Assembly (NCBI GenBank): GCA_963721805.1
Contig: CAVRJY010000001.1
Location: forward strand, 1,120,001-1,184,000
Direction: 5' to 3'
Origin: Nitrospirota bacterium
Lineage (GTDB): Bacteria > Nitrospirota > Thermodesulfovibrionia > Thermodesulfovibrionales > JdFR-86
Length of the DNA stretch: 64,000 nt
Made by a program: the position numbers and the translations under genes. Position 1 is the stretch's first letter, and the number at the start of each line of letters is the position of its first letter. The notes under the pieces are model-generated. The model did no database searches and was not told the DNA's origin. It was given only the letters and a program-made list of their open reading frames with translations. Below are positions 29,701 through 38,814 of the stretch, piece by piece.

Positions 29701-31690
29701 CATAGGGGCCGTGGGCGGCAGGGTGCTCGACGCCGCCGGCCGCATCGCGGACGGGGCCTACGTGTTTCTGGACGACGTACATGTCGTCAACAAGGGCAGG
29801 GAGCGCGACCACCACGGCTACTGGTTCAACAACGTGATAGCCCAGAATTTTTCGGCCGTCTCGGACAGGTGCATGATAACGAGGCGGGCGGCTTACCTTT
29901 CCGCCGGCGGGCTGAACTCCTCGGAGTACGGCCAGTACGCCGGGGCCGACTACTGCCTGAGGCTGGCCGCACAGGGGCTGCGCACGGTGTTCAACCCCTG
30001 GTGCACCATGACCGCGGCCGAGACCATGGCCGGCGACGGCGCGCCGAGATACCGCGACAGGCTCAGGGTGGACCACTACGAGCTGTACTGCAACGACCCT
30101 TATTATCCAGCCGGGATGTCGATCCACGAGCCGTACAAGTTCGACTTCGACGGCTCAGGCGCGAAGAAAAGGGGCAGGCTCAGGATTAATTTCGTCCTGC
30201 CCTCCGCGATGAAGCTCACGGGTGGCCCCCTGGCGATCCTTGAGTACGCGAACCGTCTTATCGACCGGGGCCATGACGTCTCGATCACGACATACCCGGA
30301 CGTCTGCTGGAGCGGGGATAACCCGTTCCCGTGGTTTAATTTCAAGGGGAAGATCATCTATAAGAAGCTCAGGGACAAGCTCGCCTCCGGCGACCTTTCG
30401 GGGGCGACGCAGTCGGAGTCCATCGCCCATGCCATGATGAACGGCGCCGGGCTTGAGGGCCTCAGGGACTTCATGCTCGGCATAGGCGGAGCGGCTGAAC
30501 TGAAAAAATCCCACGCCGCCGAGCACCTGCTTTTCGATTTCGTACTCTCTTCGTATCTGATCGAGGTGATGCCGGAGTGCGACATAAATATCGCCACGCT
30601 TTGGAGCACCGCGTTTCCCGTTTATCTGAGCCGCAAGGGCAAACCGGTATACTTCATCCAGCACTACGAGGAGGTGTTCTACAGCCACTGGCTGCTGCAC
30701 CGGCTTGCGGTGCGGTATACCTACACGCTCCCGATGTACAAGGTCGCCAACTCCTCCTGGCTTAAAAAACAGCTGCTCGACAAATACGGCGTGGACGTCC
30801 CGTTCTCAAACAACGGGATCGACCTGAACGATTTCGGGCCGATGCCCAAGACGAGCGCCAAAGATGGCATCATACGCGTGTTCACGTACTCGCGGCCGGA
30901 GGACTGGAAGGGCTTCGGGGACGCGGTGGCGGCGATGGAGAAGGTGGTCAGGAAGTACGGCGACAAGGTGCAGTGGAACGTGTTTGGCTTCCTCAACACG
31001 GCGCTTCCGCCGGACAACCCCTTCGTGAGGTACAACTACTACAAGGGCCTGCCGTTTAAGGAGCTGGCGAAGCTCTATGCCACGTCCGACATCATGCTGT
31101 GCCCCTCGTGGTATGAAAGTTTCCCGCTCCCGCCGCTTGAGGCCATGGCCTGCGGCACCGCCGTTGTGACCACCGACTACGGGACAGAGGACTACGCCTT
31201 CCACGAAAAAAACGCCCTCATCGTCAGGCCGCGCGACGTAAACGGCATGGCCGAGGCGGTCATGAGGCTCATAGAGGACAAAAAGCTCCGGGGCAGGCTC
31301 GCGAAGGCCGGCCTGAAGACCGCGGCTGGCTACGGGTGGGACACTGCGGTCTCAAACCGCGAGAAGATCCTGCTGGACATATACAAGAGCGAGCCGGGAT
31401 ACGATGTCTTCAAGTGCACGGAGACCGGGTTTACGGATTTCGAGGGCGTGCCCTTCGAGCACGCCCCCACTGATAACGAGGCGGCATCGAAGACCTTTAT
31501 AAGGGGGCGGAAGATGCGGCAGGCCTTCCTGGTGGACAACGGCAGGCGGAGGCCGCTGAGTTCGCCTGACATCCTCGGCTGGTTCGGCCTGACGCCCGAG
31601 GACATAGAGGAGGTCAGCGATCTGGACCTGTACAGGATTCCGGTCCTCACACAGATCACGGACCCCAGGGACATAACCAGCAAATTATGA
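26780..31690 (+). CDS. 1636-aa multidomain glycosyltransferase (GT-B-like, TPRs, two GT2-like, GT4-like)
   Basis: LVSIIMPAYNT, FLDSDD, HIPKVLYDWR, YFIQHYE and ESFPLPPLEAMACG. Confidence 0.88.
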   Translation: MVRTRQEYAQEFDLEGIRVSVIGSGRVPDPQSEVRILDVYSRLPLAFKYMSAAEAERAWFDESDIVVFSQCRSAESAALLGEAVRAGKATIYDVDSYLFELPGAEATLSEKVNVLAFLRGCSWITCSNIGQKARLMRYCSRVELIGNRVRPVENLSLIETGKVHILLACRGRFRLRESAMQFIEALDSIMAKYPEVILTLWGEKFPLEIEEMVEAYGAQGRVQRRKDPAASHEDYIDELTGMGVSFALVPLEDTSEFAQEPDMGYLELASLGIPAIFSSTETFRRCIAHKSNGLLVDNERAQWYGAMELMIKDAALRAVLGTGAFSDVEKNRNLRESIYDWAMLLRVCIDARTAAKYSAGSSHMQASALSARLSAALSSAGAEASLADMDIARSLEAAAPALNHALKELAGMDLPSETASLLGQLCMMLGSTENAEILSSKALGLFAGNGSALNTLGMIKLRGGDIEGAIGLLERAVKTDPWNDLFRTNIENALAELVKKGEAAFVSGDADEAVAMFQSVLRHAPDNVTALNNLGVIGIKRGELDEAEEYLAAALKIDPGYQDAANNLANLRMMLPDARRWRKLHLPGREALAAMAGDSAGFEFRPLVSIIMPAYNTKEQFLREAVASVLGQVYDNWELCFVDNGSTSTGVWRTISEYAAGEPRIRAVRIEQNLHIAGGSNKALAMAAGSYVTFLDSDDRLHPHAIFEFVKLLQGRRELDFAYSDNCTIDEAGDPAGMMLKPGWSPEFYLTTNYAVHMCFYSARIIKKIGRFNEAEGYRGVQDIDLKARLIGRTTQMAHIPKVLYDWRISSKSVASSSGAKPYVMTNAMRVFQDVLDRLRSRAVVKIPDLAKELSLGFYKLDFSRVKTKGVDIVIRTSGLDVDLKALRALVRETEWGDFRVHLMVMGSDGGLKLEPEADMSAVVQVHDAPDEAAMNAAIGKMRSEYIVFVGSGARPGGPDWLRELVGYMDLDPAIGAVGGRVLDAAGRIADGAYVFLDDVHVVNKGRERDHHGYWFNNVIAQNFSAVSDRCMITRRAAYLSAGGLNSSEYGQYAGADYCLRLAAQGLRTVFNPWCTMTAAETMAGDGAPRYRDRLRVDHYELYCNDPYYPAGMSIHEPYKFDFDGSGAKKRGRLRINFVLPSAMKLTGGPLAILEYANRLIDRGHDVSITTYPDVCWSGDNPFPWFNFKGKIIYKKLRDKLASGDLSGATQSESIAHAMMNGAGLEGLRDFMLGIGGAAELKKSHAAEHLLFDFVLSSYLIEVMPECDINIATLWSTAFPVYLSRKGKPVYFIQHYEEVFYSHWLLHRLAVRYTYTLPMYKVANSSWLKKQLLDKYGVDVPFSNNGIDLNDFGPMPKTSAKDGIIRVFTYSRPEDWKGFGDAVAAMEKVVRKYGDKVQWNVFGFLNTALPPDNPFVRYNYYKGLPFKELAKLYATSDIMLCPSWYESFPLPPLEAMACGTAVVTTDYGTEDYAFHEKNALIVRPRDVNGMAEAVMRLIEDKKLRGRLAKAGLKTAAGYGWDTAVSNREKILLDIYKSEPGYDVFKCTETGFTDFEGVPFEHAPTDNEAASKTFIRGRKMRQAFLVDNGRRRPLSSPDILGWFGLTPEDIEEVSDLDLYRIPVLTQITDPRDITSKL

Positions 31691-31700
31691 GGCGGGTAAT

Positions 31701-33005
31701 ATGAAAATAACCATACTTGGCGGCGGGCTCGCCGCGTTGTCGCTCTGTTATTTCCTTCAGGACAGGGCGGATGTCGAGTCCATAGACGTGATCGAAAAGG
31801 AGAACCGCCCCGGCGGGCTCTGCCGCTCTTTCGACCTCGGCGGCGGCGTGCTCTATGACGTCGGGCCCCACATAATATTCTCGAAGGACAAGGAAGTGCT
31901 CGGCCTGATGAAGGATCTCCTGGGTGAGAATATCCACGAGCTTCGGCGCTCAAACAGGATCATGCACAAGGGCAGGCTCGTGCAGTACCCGTTTGAAAAC
32001 GACCTCTCGAAGCTCCCTGAGGACGACCTCAACTACTGCGTCAACGCGTTCATGAACAACCCCTACGAGGGCTACCCGGCCGATAACATGCTGCAGTTTC
32101 TGCTTAAGACCTTCGGCGAGGGGATAACCAATACGTTCCTGCGGCCTTATAACGAGAAGATCTGGAAGTACGACCCATCGTACATGGACACCCAGATGGT
32201 CGAGCGCATACCGAAGCCCCCGAAAGAGGACATCCTCCGGAGCGCGAAGGGCGAGACGGTCGACGGCTACCTGCACCAGCTGTATTTTTCCTACCCCAAA
32301 CGCGGTGGGATACAGGCCATCGTCGACGGTTTCATATCGAGGCTCGGCGATAAGGTCAGGATACACACCGGCTGCGCGGTCACGGGCGTAAAGAAGGCCG
32401 GTACGGGGTTTTCAATAAGCGCCGGAGGGCGGGAGTTCAAGGCCGACCGGGTGGTCTCGACGATACCCGCCGGCCTGCTCGTCAGGCTTTATGACCGCAG
32501 CCCCGAGGACGTCACGGAGGCCGCGAAGGCGCTAAGGTATAACTCCATCGTCATAGCGCTTGCGGACCTGAAGGTCGACAAGGCGGGCGATAACTTCGCG
32601 TTCATGACAGCGGACAAGGAGGTCGTATTCCACCGGCTCTCTAAAATAGACTTCCTCGGTGAGGCGTACGGCAAGGGCACGGGCGCAAACCTCATGGTCG
32701 AGGTCACGTACCGCCACGGCGACCTTATCGACGGCATGCCGGATAGCGAACTCCTGACGCGCATCACGGCGGGGCTTGAAAAGACCGGGTTCATAGACAC
32801 GCCCGAGGACATAAACCGCATCGTGATCAAAAGGTTTGAGTACGCCTACGTGATATACGACATCGAACACCGCAAGAACATGGACCGCATACTCGGGTAT
32901 TTCCGCTCGGAGGGGCTTGACCTCAACGGCCGCTTCGGCGAGTTTGAGTACCTCAACATGGACGCCGTGATACGGCATTCGATGCAGCTTTCGGGGAGGT
33001 TTTAA
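31701..33005 (+). CDS. FAD-dependent NDP-sugar pyranose mutase-like protein
   Basis: ILGGGLAAL, GPHIIFS, PYNEKIW, YPKRGG and GRFGEFEYLNMD. Confidence 0.7.
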   Translation: MKITILGGGLAALSLCYFLQDRADVESIDVIEKENRPGGLCRSFDLGGGVLYDVGPHIIFSKDKEVLGLMKDLLGENIHELRRSNRIMHKGRLVQYPFENDLSKLPEDDLNYCVNAFMNNPYEGYPADNMLQFLLKTFGEGITNTFLRPYNEKIWKYDPSYMDTQMVERIPKPPKEDILRSAKGETVDGYLHQLYFSYPKRGGIQAIVDGFISRLGDKVRIHTGCAVTGVKKAGTGFSISAGGREFKADRVVSTIPAGLLVRLYDRSPEDVTEAAKALRYNSIVIALADLKVDKAGDNFAFMTADKEVVFHRLSKIDFLGEAYGKGTGANLMVEVTYRHGDLIDGMPDSELLTRITAGLEKTGFIDTPEDINRIVIKRFEYAYVIYDIEHRKNMDRILGYFRSEGLDLNGRFGEFEYLNMDAVIRHSMQLSGRF

Positions 33006-33011
33006 ATTACG

Positions 33012-33950
33012 ATGAACGCACTTATCACAGGCGGGGCGGGGTTCATAGGCAGCCACCTCGCGGACAGCCTCAGGGCCCGCGGCTATAACGTGGTCGCGCT
33101 CGACAACCTCTCTCTGGGCCGCATCGAGAACGTCAGCCACCTGATCGGCACAGGGGGCTTCGAGTTCGTCAAGGGCGACATACTCGACGAGGCGATGCTC
33201 GATGCGCTCTTTGCGAGATGCGGTTTCGAGGTCGTGTTCCATATGGCCGCGAACTCGGATATCGCGCGCAGCCGCGAGAACCCGGCCATAGACCTAAACA
33301 GCACCTTCATGACCACCTACCGCACCCTCGACGCGATGCGCCGGCATAACGTCAGACGGATAATCTTCGCCTCGACCAGCGCTGTATACGGCGAGGCGCA
33401 GGGGAGGCTCACCGAGACATACGGCCCCCTGCTGCCGGTTTCGCACTACGGGGCCGGGAAGCTCGCCTCAGAGGGCTTCATAAGCTCGTTCGGCGAAAAC
33501 TACGGCATAAGGGCATGGATCACCAGGTTTCCAAACGTGGTAGGCGAGCGAGCCACCCACGGCGTGATATTCGATTTCATAAACAAGCTCCGCAATAATC
33601 CCGCCGAACTCGAGGTCCTGGGCAACGGCGAGCAGTACAAGCCCTACCTGTACGTCAAGGACCTTGTAGACGCGATACTGTTCGTCTATGACAAGGCGGA
33701 CGCCAAGCTCAACCTCTACAACCTCGGCGTCGAGAGCCGCACGCGCGTGCGCGACATCGCGCGGATGGTCATAGAGGAGATGGGCCTCGGTGCGAAGATC
33801 AGGTACACCGGCGGCGACAGGGGCTGGGTGGGCGACGTCCCGGAGTTCAACTACGACCTCTCGAAGATCCACGCGCTCGGGTGGCGGGCGGCGGTAAACT
33901 CTGACGAGGCGGTCAGGAAATCCATCAGATACATCCTGGGCAAGCAATGA
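33012..33950 (+). CDS. NAD-dependent NDP-sugar epimerase/dehydratase
   Basis: TGGAGFIGS, STSAVYG and YGAGK (YxxxK). Confidence 0.9.
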   Translation: MNALITGGAGFIGSHLADSLRARGYNVVALDNLSLGRIENVSHLIGTGGFEFVKGDILDEAMLDALFARCGFEVVFHMAANSDIARSRENPAIDLNSTFMTTYRTLDAMRRHNVRRIIFASTSAVYGEAQGRLTETYGPLLPVSHYGAGKLASEGFISSFGENYGIRAWITRFPNVVGERATHGVIFDFINKLRNNPAELEVLGNGEQYKPYLYVKDLVDAILFVYDKADAKLNLYNLGVESRTRVRDIARMVIEEMGLGAKIRYTGGDRGWVGDVPEFNYDLSKIHALGWRAAVNSDEAVRKSIRYILGKQ

Positions 33951-35236
33951 AACTCGCGATAGTGGCCGGAGGCAGGGGGACGAGGCTCGGGTTTAAGGAC
34001 ATCCCGAAGCCGATGGTCCCGCTTGCCGGAAAGCCGCTGCTGCAGTATCAGGTAGAACTCGCCCTGCGCTACGGGATAACGGAGATATACATACTCTCAG
34101 GCTTCATGGCCGGAGCCATAGTGGATTACTTCGGCGACGGCTCGGCCTTCGGGGCGAAGATCACCCACGTGGTCGAGGACGAGCCCAAGGGCACCGCCGG
34201 TGCGGTAGGGCTTTTGAAGGACGTGATCGACGAGCGGTTTATGGTCTTTTACGGCGACACCGTAATGGACGTCGACCTTGCGCGGATGATCGAATTCGAC
34301 CGCGCGCACGAAGGCGCTGACGCGACAATACTCGTCCACCCCAACGACCACCCGAAGGACAGCGACCTGCTCGAGGCCGACGAACTCGGCAACGTCACGG
34401 CGATGCACCCCAAGCCCCACGAGCCCGGCCGGTATTACCGCAACCTCGTAAACGCCGCGCTCTACGTACTCTCGCCGGAGGTCTTCAAATACATCCCGGC
34501 GGACAGGCCGACGGACTTCGGCAGGGACGTCTTCCAGCTGATGCTTGATGCGGGGCGGAGGATTGCAGCCTACAGGACGCCGGAATACATCAAGGACATG
34601 GGCACCCCCGAGAGGCTCAGGCACACCGAAGCCGACATTATCTCGGGCAAGGTCGGCCGCCTGAACCTCGCAAACCGGCGCAGGGCGATATTCCTCGACC
34701 GCGACGGCGTGATAAACCGCGACGTGGATAACCTCCGCAGGGTCAGGGACTTCGAGCTCCTGCCCGACGCGGCGCCCTCGATCAGGAAGATCAACGAGTC
34801 TGAGTACCTCGCGGTCGTGGCGACCAACCAGCCGGTCATCGCGAAGGGCTTTTGCAGCGTTGCCGAGCTGGAGCTTATCCACAGTCGGATGGAGACAGAG
34901 CTTGGCGCGGGCGGGGCGTACCTGGACGCGATCTACTACTGCCCACACCACCCGGAGCGGGGGTTTGCGGGCGAGGTGCCGGAGCTAAAGATCGATTGCG
35001 AGTGCAGGAAACCCAAGCCCGGCATGCTCTTGCGGGCGGCACGCGAGATGAACATCGACCTCGGCGGCTCGTACATGGTCGGCGACACGGCGAGAGACGT
35101 CGGGGCCGCCGCAACAGCGGGCGTAAAGTCGGTCTTCGTCGGAGAGACGGCCTCGCCTGCCTCTGGCGTGGCCGATTACAGGTGCGGCACGCTTGCGGAG
35201 GCCGTCGATTTGATACTGGAGGGTGAAAAGGCATGA
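33947..35236 (+). CDS. Heptose-1-phosphate nucleotidyltransferase fused to heptose-1,7-bisphosphate phosphatase (HddC-GmhB)
   Basis: AGGRGTRL and PKPM; FLDRDGV, TNQ, CPHHP and CECRKPKPG. Confidence 0.88.
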   Translation: MKLAIVAGGRGTRLGFKDIPKPMVPLAGKPLLQYQVELALRYGITEIYILSGFMAGAIVDYFGDGSAFGAKITHVVEDEPKGTAGAVGLLKDVIDERFMVFYGDTVMDVDLARMIEFDRAHEGADATILVHPNDHPKDSDLLEADELGNVTAMHPKPHEPGRYYRNLVNAALYVLSPEVFKYIPADRPTDFGRDVFQLMLDAGRRIAAYRTPEYIKDMGTPERLRHTEADIISGKVGRLNLANRRRAIFLDRDGVINRDVDNLRRVRDFELLPDAAPSIRKINESEYLAVVATNQPVIAKGFCSVAELELIHSRMETELGAGGAYLDAIYYCPHHPERGFAGEVPELKIDCECRKPKPGMLLRAAREMNIDLGGSYMVGDTARDVGAAATAGVKSVFVGETASPASGVADYRCGTLAEAVDLILEGEKA

Positions 35237-36210
35237 TAATCACGAGGACGCCGTTTAGGATTAGCTTCGCCGGCGGGGGCAGCGACCTGAAGGAATACTA
35301 CCGCGAGTACGGCGGTGCGGTGCTGAGCGTGGCGATAAACAAGTACGTGTTCCTCTCGATGCACCCGTATTTCCATTTCAACAAGTACTTCCTGAAGTAC
35401 TCCAAGAGCGAATTTAAAGACAGCGTCGATGAGATCGACCACAAGATAATCAGGACCGTCTTTAAGGACTACGGCGTGCGCGGCGTGGACTTCAACTCCA
35501 GCGCGGACGTGCCCTCCGGCACAGGGCTCGGCTCATCGAGCGCATTCACCGTGGGGCTGATAAACCTCTGCAACGCCTACACCAACAAATACATGTCCAA
35601 GGAGGACATCGCCAACTACGCCTGCGAGGTCGAGATCGAGAGGCTCGGCGAGCCCATCGGCAAGCAGGACCAGTACGGCTGCGCCATGGGAGGCATAAAC
35701 CTCATAGAGTTCAAGCAGGACGACAGCGTGACGGTCGAAAAGGTGCTCATGAGGCCCATGGACTACAAGACCATCCAGCGCAGGCTGCTGCTTTTCTATA
35801 CCGGAAAGACGCGTTCGGCCTCAGCTATCCTCACCGAGCAGAAGGCCAATACCGTCAGCAAGCAGGACAAGATCGACAACCTCCATAAGATGGTCGGGCT
35901 CGCGCACCAGCTCTATAAGGAGCTGCTGGCCGGCAATGTCGACGCGCTGGGGCAGATAATGCACCAGGGCTGGCTCTACAAAAGGGAGCTGGCCTCGGCG
36001 ATTACGGACAGCTCCATCGACTATTACTATGACCTCGCGATGAAAAACGGCGCCGAGGGCGGAAAGCTCCTCGGCGCCGGAGGCGGAGGGTTCTTCCTGT
36101 TTTACGTCAAGGAGGAAAACCACGAGAGGCTCAGACGCGCCATAAAGGACCTCGATGAGTACCCGTTTGAGTTCGACGGCCAGGGTACGACCGTGGTCTA
36201 CTACAAATAA
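35233..36210 (+). CDS. hddA: D-glycero-alpha-D-manno-heptose-7-phosphate kinase (GHMP family)
   Basis: TPFRISFAGGGSD, PSGTGLGSSS, GKQDQY and GKLLGAGGGG. Confidence 0.88.
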   Translation: MIITRTPFRISFAGGGSDLKEYYREYGGAVLSVAINKYVFLSMHPYFHFNKYFLKYSKSEFKDSVDEIDHKIIRTVFKDYGVRGVDFNSSADVPSGTGLGSSSAFTVGLINLCNAYTNKYMSKEDIANYACEVEIERLGEPIGKQDQYGCAMGGINLIEFKQDDSVTVEKVLMRPMDYKTIQRRLLLFYTGKTRSASAILTEQKANTVSKQDKIDNLHKMVGLAHQLYKELLAGNVDALGQIMHQGWLYKRELASAITDSSIDYYYDLAMKNGAEGGKLLGAGGGGFFLFYVKEENHERLRRAIKDLDEYPFEFDGQGTTVVYYK

Positions 36211-36224
36211 CGGAGGGATTGGGT

Positions 36225-36812
36225 ATGGACTTCACCGGCGGCATAGAGGGCTACCTCGGCAGGCTCAAGGTCGTGCTGGACGCCATGGACCGCAAGGAGA
36301 TAGACGCGTTCCTAAACGCCCTCCTGGAGGCCCACCAGAAAGGGGCGAACATCTTCATCATGGGCAACGGCGGGAGCGCCTCGACCGCGTCGCACTTCGC
36401 GTGCGACATAAACAAGGGCGTCTCGCTCGGCATGGAGAAGCGCTTTAAGGTGATCGCGCTTACGGACAACATGGCGACGATCCTCGCCTACGGCAACGAC
36501 GAGGGCTACGAGAGCATATTCGTCGAGCAGATGAGGAACTTCGTCCGCCCCGGCGACCTCGTGATCGGCATATCCGGCAGCGGGAACTCCAAGAACGTCC
36601 TTCGCGCCATAGAGCATGCAAACGCGGTCGGGTGCGTGACGGTGGGCATAACCGGATACGGAGGGGGGAAACTCCGCCAGATGGCGAAGCTCAGCGTAAA
36701 CGCAAACGTGATGGACATGCAGCTTTCCGAAGACGTGCACATGGTCCTCGTGCATATGGCTATGCAACTTTTGAAGGCCGCGCTGAACCCTGCGGACGGG
36801 GCCAAGTGCTGA
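36225..36812 (+). CDS. gmhA: Phosphoheptose isomerase (SIS domain)
   Basis: GNGGSASTASHF, AYGND, ISGSGNSKN and EDVH. Confidence 0.9.
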   Translation: MDFTGGIEGYLGRLKVVLDAMDRKEIDAFLNALLEAHQKGANIFIMGNGGSASTASHFACDINKGVSLGMEKRFKVIALTDNMATILAYGNDEGYESIFVEQMRNFVRPGDLVIGISGSGNSKNVLRAIEHANAVGCVTVGITGYGGGKLRQMAKLSVNANVMDMQLSEDVHMVLVHMAMQLLKAALNPADGAKC

Positions 36813-37813
36813 CAAGACAGGAGAATTCCAGCCTGGACGTCAAGTGGCTCCCTGAGCAGGTCGTAAAGCTCAACGCCACCTATAGAAGCGGGCTCGGCTT
36901 TATAAAGGAAGACGGCAAGGTGGACCAGGTTGTAAGCGAGGCCGAGGTTTCGCTTTTCATCCATTCCCTGATAAGGCTCGTCGGAGCGACCCGCATCCTC
37001 GAGGTCGGCACTTATAACGGCTACACGACGTGCTACATGGCCTCGGCTGCCAGGGAGTTAAAGCCTGACGCAAAGGTCATTACCATCGACCCGTCGGACC
37101 CTGGCCACCTGTGGGAGGGCTCCGAGATAGCCAAGAATATCGTATGGATCAACAAGACCGTCCAGGATGCCTATGACGAGATAAAGCACCTGACCTTTGA
37201 CCTTATATTTATCGATTCATTGCACAGATACAGCCAGCTTGCGTGGGAACTCGGCAACCTCGACCCTCTGCTGCGGTCCGGGGGTTATTTCGTGATGCAT
37301 GACACGCTGGTCCATGACGGGCTCGGCGCATGCGTCTCACAGTTATACGATAACCCAAGGTTTGAGGTCATAACTTTCAACACGCCGAGGAAATACAACG
37401 AAATACTCGCCGTCGAGGCCATAACTCCGGGGCTGACCGTAGCAAGGAAGATTGCCAGCGGAAGCCCTTACCTGTTTACAGATCCGAACCTGATGGGGAT
37501 AGAGAAAGGGTTTCATTCGGGCAGCAGGCCGCTGTTGAGAAAAAAGCTCATCCAAAAACACGAGGGATATTACGATGCCCTTAATAGCCCAGTAGAGGCG
37601 CTGTTTGCCGGGGGTAAAAATGATGAGGCTTTAAATGCGGCGGACTCACTGCTTGCCGAAGACCCGCAAAACTACGTCGCCTGGAACAACAAGGCTGTGG
37701 TCCTAAACGCGATGGGCCGCGCGGGGGAGGCCGTCGAGTGTTTCAAGAAGGCCCTTTCCATCAGGGCCGACTATGACTCGGCCGCCAAGAACCTCGGCTT
37801 GCTCGGGGACTGA
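36806..37813 (+). CDS. Class I methyltransferase with C-terminal TPR
   Basis: ILEVGTYNGY, FDLIFIDSLH and VMHD; AWNNKA TPR; GTG start overlaps the gmhA stop region. Confidence 0.8.
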   Translation: MLTRQENSSLDVKWLPEQVVKLNATYRSGLGFIKEDGKVDQVVSEAEVSLFIHSLIRLVGATRILEVGTYNGYTTCYMASAARELKPDAKVITIDPSDPGHLWEGSEIAKNIVWINKTVQDAYDEIKHLTFDLIFIDSLHRYSQLAWELGNLDPLLRSGGYFVMHDTLVHDGLGACVSQLYDNPRFEVITFNTPRKYNEILAVEAITPGLTVARKIASGSPYLFTDPNLMGIEKGFHSGSRPLLRKKLIQKHEGYYDALNSPVEALFAGGKNDEALNAADSLLAEDPQNYVAWNNKAVVLNAMGRAGEAVECFKKALSIRADYDSAAKNLGLLGD

Positions 37814-37869
37814 AAGTTTCATGCGCCCTGAGATCGCGGATCATAACTGGATAGGAGGGCATTTTTTAT

Positions 37870-38739
37870 ATGGATAGCCGGGCGCCTATAATCACATTCG
37901 GGGCCGGGAGGTCGGGCTCGACGCTCCTATGCGATATATTCGACAGCCACCCGAAGATCTCCTACGGCAGCGAGAGCCTGTTTACGCCGGCGCGCATGTG
38001 GGAGATATTCTTCGACCCAATGAAGGACATCTTCATGACACAGGACAGGGACTACGCCGGGTTCATGCGCTGGCACTACTGGTGGAACCTATACCGGGGC
38101 CGCCACAGCATGGAGATGCCGGAATACATGCGCGAACAGGAAAAGAGGATCTGCGGGCTTATAGCGCAGATGGTCCTCGACGCCTTCGACCTCGACCCCA
38201 CCTCGATGGCCTGGGGATTTAAGGAACTCTGGAACGGCTCCTGCGAGCTCAGCCAGAAGTTCGACTGGGAGATATACGACAAGCTCTTCCCCCGCGCCTG
38301 GTGGGTACATAACATGCGAAACCCGTTTACTTTCATCCCCTCCTCAATCGGGCTGGAGACTGTTGAGCATGCTATCACGCGCGACCTGATGTTCAGCAAG
38401 ATCGAGCTCTGGATGTCCGTGGTGCGGCATTCGAGGACCCGCAAGGCGCACCCGCGGTGCTTCGAGGTCAGGTATGAGGATCTGACCAAGAATCCAAAGG
38501 CCGCCCTTATGCCGCTCCTGAACGCCGTGGGAGTGGGCTGGGACGATAAATGCATGAGCGCGACGCGTAAGACCCATGTCCCGTCGACGAGAAACTACAA
38601 GGTCGAATTCATGGAGGTATACAGGCAGGGCGAGATATGCGTGCCGGGCTTCTACGAACTCGTAGAGGAGTTCGGTTACGTCGACGAGATAAAGGCCATG
38701 GGCATACCGCTCGTGGATGACCGCAAAGGCGGGTGCTGA
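37870..38739 (+). CDS. Sulfotransferase-family protein
   Basis: GAGRSGSTLL (5'-PSB), MRNP (3'-PB) and VRYEDL. Confidence 0.82.
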   Translation: MDSRAPIITFGAGRSGSTLLCDIFDSHPKISYGSESLFTPARMWEIFFDPMKDIFMTQDRDYAGFMRWHYWWNLYRGRHSMEMPEYMREQEKRICGLIAQMVLDAFDLDPTSMAWGFKELWNGSCELSQKFDWEIYDKLFPRAWWVHNMRNPFTFIPSSIGLETVEHAITRDLMFSKIELWMSVVRHSRTRKAHPRCFEVRYEDLTKNPKAALMPLLNAVGVGWDDKCMSATRKTHVPSTRNYKVEFMEVYRQGEICVPGFYELVEEFGYVDEIKAMGIPLVDDRKGGC

Positions 38740-38814
38740 TGAGTGTGCAGCGCTGTTGCATAACAGGGATCGTTTTGTTATATTTATGAGATTCTCTCGG
38801 AGGAGGGCTGTGAA

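Noticed and set aside
28112..30127. 671-aa antisense ORF inside the large glycosyltransferase
   Set aside because: Shadow ORF caused by codon bias
31701..33005. Protoporphyrinogen oxidase (HemY) call
   Set aside because: The sugar-nucleotide context and mutase-like C-terminal motif favour an NDP-sugar enzyme
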